Shown piece by piece: positions 32,891 to 36,958 of a stretch of DNA of 36,958 nt; position 1 is the stretch's first letter, and the number at the start of each line of letters is the position of its first letter. The translations under genes were made by a program, and so were the position numbers. The stretch lies in NCBI GenBank assembly GCA_016748015.1, contig JAAOMT010000092.1, forward strand, positions 1 through 36,958, given 5' to 3'. Below the pieces are notes generated by a model. That model did no database searches and was not told where the DNA came from. It worked only from the letters and a program-made list of their open reading frames with translations. The stretch is from Geosiphon pyriformis uo1. Taxonomy: Eukaryota; Fungi; Glomeromycota.

Positions 32891-35800
32891 TGACATCAGG
32901 AAATAGCACTGGTATATACTTATGGAAGATATTATACCAGGAGAATCATTAATCATCGAGCTAAAAAAGCAATTGATGAAACTATGGTTTCAGAAAACTG
33001 TTGATAAACTGTTATTATTGAATCTCTGTCTATTATACAAAGAACTCAATTGGAAAAATCTTCAGATAAAATACCTTCAGATTATTATCATCACCAATTA
33101 CTTTGAGCACCAAGTTATGGGTTTGTTATTTACTTGACACCCCAAATAATCACCTGTAACACTGGCAAAGCAGAATTTTAGACCAGGTTGACTTCGTTTT
33201 TTACTGCCAGTGCTTTCATTGATAATACAATTTAAATTGGTAGTAGCCAAGCTGCTATACAACATATTTTTAATGTTGCAAGTGAATTTTTTTAGTTTAA
33301 TGACATTTCTATCAATAATAACAAAACTGTGATCATTCTTATTAACTGTTATGTCAAAGACTTTTATCTAACTATCAGTGATTCACCTATTTCTGTTGCC
33401 AAAAAAGAGGTGTCACATTGCTATCTAAGTATTTTTTTATTGTCTGAGAGTTTGTTTAAACCTAGCTTGGCTAAGACATATTCGAATATTTAATTTTTCA
33501 TCAATCTTGTTTTAAGAAAGGTGGTCTTAGATAAACAGTTTGCATATTTGGTGTTTGCAATCTTTTATCTAATTATCAGTTACAAAATTCAATTCAGTTT
33601 TATTTCTATTAGCTTATGTAATAAATGGGATGCTTTCATTCACAAGGGCTTAAAATTTAAGTCTGGTCTACTATTCAATTTTCCCAATAATGCAATCTAT
33701 CATCTCTCTTTGTATGATTTGAAAATGTTTGAACAGATTCAGGCTGAAAGCAAATTAGTTTTAGTTGTTTCTTTTACAAATTCAGTTGGTATTTTGGGCC
33801 AGTTATTTTCTCATAAGTTGCATGATCTTCAGGTTTTCAGTTAGTATTCACTCTACTCTTTGCAGTTTCCAGTTTATGTCAAGATTAAATAACTTTTTAG
33901 CAAGTATAGTGTGTATATTTTTTGGGTATGACTTGTTCTTGAACAACTTTTTGGCCAGTACTTTTTGTCTTAAAAGTAAAACTATTATGTCTTATGTCCT
34001 TAGTAAGTCAATTTATTATAAGTGTGTTTCTTTACACTGATATTATGGAATTGCTTTTATGAACCAGCTGCGTAATCAGAGTGGTGCTGTTTTTAATTGG
34101 TTAATCTTTAAACAGTAGAAGCAATTGGACCTCTGTGGCCTTGTTTCCATTTGGTTTGAACTTTCTGTTCAATTTTTTGGTAGTGTTATTATTTCTTTTA
34201 TCAGTTCTACACTTTTGGATAGTTATAGTTCTTTAGATATTTTACAGTCTCATAAGTTTGGTATCATTAAAAACAATCTGTTGCATGCTAATACAGGTCA
34301 TCTTTCTGTTTATACAGATAGATCTTTGAATGGTTTGACAACTCTTAGTGTAAAAACTGGTACAGCTGTTTTTTTTGAGGATGTTAATTTGGGTTTAAGT
34401 ATATGGGTTTTTGGTCTGTTGTCTTTTATCATGGTAGAACTGCAGGTTATTGCTTTGGCTCTTAAGTATGTTTCTTTTTTTTATTCTTTGAACCTGTTTA
34501 CAGACAGCCAAACTGCTTTGGATGTGTGTAAATTGGATTTGAAGTTGATTCATCCAAAATTCAGAAATTAGTATTGGATTGAACATCACCACATTGTAAG
34601 TACTATTTGTTATAAGAATTTAGATGTTAGTTGGCATAAGATTAAGGATCACTCTGGTGTTTTTGGCAATAAACATGCTGATACATTTGCCAAAGCAGCT
34701 GCTGTTTTCAATAGGCATTTACCCCTATTTGATTAGTAAACATTATTTTAGGACTAATAGTGTTACAGTTTCTGGTAATTTTAGACATTTTGTTTGAAGA
34801 GTTTTTCGGTCTGTTTATTGTGCACATTAGGAAACTGGTTCTGGTTCTTGAGTAGTGATAGATAGTATATGTATAGATATTAATTGGTTTAGGTTGTTTT
34901 TGGTGTGACATTTTGATTCTTATTTGGTGGCTGGTTTCATTAGTAAACAGACTGCTGATTTTCAAACATATTTTATAAAAGCTCTTTATCATTGGCTTTC
35001 TGTTGCTATGTATAAGCAATTATATAATAAGTGTTATCCCAGTGTGGTTTGCTTGTTCTGTGGTGATATTAAGGTATCCGACCAGGTCTTTTTTTGTCTA
35101 TTTGATGTTGCTAATTGTGCTTGGTTGTTGAATACTCATGTATCTGTTTGGGGTGTGTGCTCTGATTTATTTTGTTCTTTTTCTTGTGTTTTGTAGTTGT
35201 TGTCTACTTGTGTTTCCAATGTTATAGTTAGCATAATACTGTTTAAGAGTTTTGTTTTTAATAATTGGTATTATAAATTTGTTTCAGTTTTTAAAGATTC
35301 TAAGATTGCAAATCAGCATATTGTGAATTTTGTGTGCAAATTTTGTCTTATATTCTGGAAGGATATCTGGTTGGTGCATGTCAAGCACCATGTTTTTATG
35401 GAAAAAAATGGCTTGATTCCACGTGATGGTTCCATTTTTGTTCCAGTATTGAGTTTTTCTTTGATGTTTTTAGCCAGCATAATTAAATTATTGGATATAA
35501 TTAAGGCAATGAGTGTGGGTTTTGGATTTTGTAAATCTTGTTTGTTATTTTCAAGTATAGAAAACACAGTTTTTGTTTATATAGGTGCTTAGTGTTATTC
35601 TAATTAGCTTAAGTGATTGGTCATATGTGGAAAATACATGATTCACACCTAGTTTAAATTATTTGTATGATGTATTGTACTAGGCAGTATTTGAACTTCG
35701 CTCATTAAATGAATTAAAAAAAAAACTGACTTTTTAGTAATAATTAAAAAATTGATAACTGAAAAATTGATATCTAAAGCAAATAATTTGCAAAATAAAT

Positions 35801-36958
35801 TATAAACCAAAAGTTTGAAAAAAAAACAAAAAAAACAGAAATTTATCCAAAATATTATTTTTAGTATTATTATTAATATTAAAATTAATCTACTTATAAA
35901 ATTTTCCAAAAATACATTTAAAAATAATTTTTTTCAGCTTTTTAGAAATTATGTTAACATTTTTTTGCTCAGATTTATTATTATTATCAAGTTAAAAGCT
36001 GGTTTTTTATATCTATATTCTTTGTATTAATTGTGTTGTCAGCAGTTAAATTATTTATTCTACTAATTTTTGATGATTTTTAAGAAACACTAGCATAAAT
36101 TTCAATAACAAAATTATTTAAAACACTTCTTTTATGCTTTTTTATACTCAAATTACTGCCAGTATCAATAGTTTTATAGTTAAACAAAAAAAGTTTTAAG
36201 ATATTTAATTAAATAGCAAGAAATAATTAAAGACAAAAAAATTCTTTCAAAAATATCATATTTTTTTAAAAATTTAAGATACAAGAAAGAAAAAATTTTT
36301 AATAAATTAGATTTAATTAATTTTTAAAAATATTTATTTAATAAACTTTTTTAAAAATTTTAAAAATTATATTTTAACTTAGTATGTTTAAAATATTATA
36401 ACTTTTATAAAAAACCAAATCTAATTTAATACATAATAAATTAATTTTTTTAAACATAAAAATAATATAATAAGTTTTTTTTTAGTTTTAAAACAAACAA
36501 TAATATATTTTATTTTGTTATTAATAGCAAATATGTAATTGATAACACAAATTTTTTCATTAGTTTTTTCTAAAAAATTCTTGAAATTATATGTAATTGT
36601 GTTTATAAATAAAATAAATAATACAGTTTTAAATATATTTTTTGTTTTTAAGTAATTTAATTTTTAATGGTTTTTATATATTGAATTTTACTACTTAAAA
36701 TAAATTACTAAATATTAAAAAATTAATTTAATTCAATAAAACTTTACTATAGCTTATTGTTATAGTTTAATTAATTATAATTAAATTAATATTATCTTAT
36801 TAAATTTGATTAAAATTAAAACAATTGATTTTTTAAAAAAATTTTCATAAATTTTTTCAATAATTATAATTTAATCTAATTGTACTTTTGGTTTCTTTAA
36901 ATTATTTTATTTATAGTTAACATTATAATCTAAAATAATTTATTTTATAATATAAATA

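Larger units (their letters stand above)
32185..33161 (+). mobile_element. Solo LTR (type 2, 977 bp) with 4-bp TSD CTGG
   Basis: TGTTAC…GTAACA; CTGG at 32181-32184 and 33162-33165; removing it restores LINE RT KTGKAEF*TRLTSFF, homologous to KTGRIENNSRLFSFF. Confidence 0.95.
30401..35725 (+). mobile_element. 5'-truncated LINE (APE C-term, RT, RNase H, Cys/His motif, 3' UTR, short A tail), interrupted by a solo LTR
   Basis: KTIDY…DTNH, PIALIE, FIDNT, YTDRSL…ELQVI…FTDSQ…KIKDHSGVFGNKHAD, CLFCGDIKVSDQVFFC; stop at 35590-35592; A10 at 35716-35725. Confidence 0.92.

Noticed and set aside
32232-33137. ORFs 32232..32432, 32290..32496 and 32922..33137 as genes
   Set aside because: They lie in LTR repeats and are not kept open in the other LTR copies.
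5681-35567. Minus-strand ORFs over pol and ORF2 (e.g. 18606..18917, 34708..35019)
   Set aside because: Antisense shadows of + strand coding sequence with no motifs.
4637-35592. Alternative genetic code explaining in-frame stops
   Set aside because: All three stop types occur at different positions in different copies, alongside frameshifts and catalytic-site mutations.
35726-36958. ORFs 35649..35909 and 35815..36030
   Set aside because: K/I/F/N-rich compositional artefacts of extremely AT-rich DNA.

Overview
Very AT-rich, CpG-depleted eukaryotic DNA with no intact host gene. It is a nest of decayed retrotransposons, probably from a fungus. The protein style recalls Glomeromycotina such as Geosiphon, but that is from memory and unverified. 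Layout on the + strand: AT-rich DNA (1-809); the 3' end of a LINE on the minus strand (810-1295); then a stack of Ty3/gypsy pieces (1296-17590). The stack holds two nested type-1 LTR+PBS+gag starts (A, B), a deleted element C (dUTPase-RT-RH-IN-extra ORF-LTR) inserted into the gag of element D, and a third LTR type inserted in D's 3' LTR. D reads gag-PR-Cys-rich-dUTPase-dUTPase-like-RT-RH-IN-extra ORF-LTR. Next come four + strand copies or fragments of an APE-RT-RNaseH LINE (17591-35725), one interrupted by a solo LTR with a 4-bp TSD. All ORFs are broken, mostly by C>T/G>A transitions. The most interesting signals are: (i) the gypsy family's unusual pol (Cys-rich domain, dUTPase and a second dUTPase-like domain between PR and RT) and a conserved ~209-aa unknown ORF in frame after integrase; (ii) a structured RNA cassette with covarying stems, splice-like signals and a palindromic loop, shared by five LTRs of two sequence families; (iii) a PBS matching elongator rather than initiator tRNA-Met; (iv) an ATGA stop/start overlap and structured ends in the LINE.
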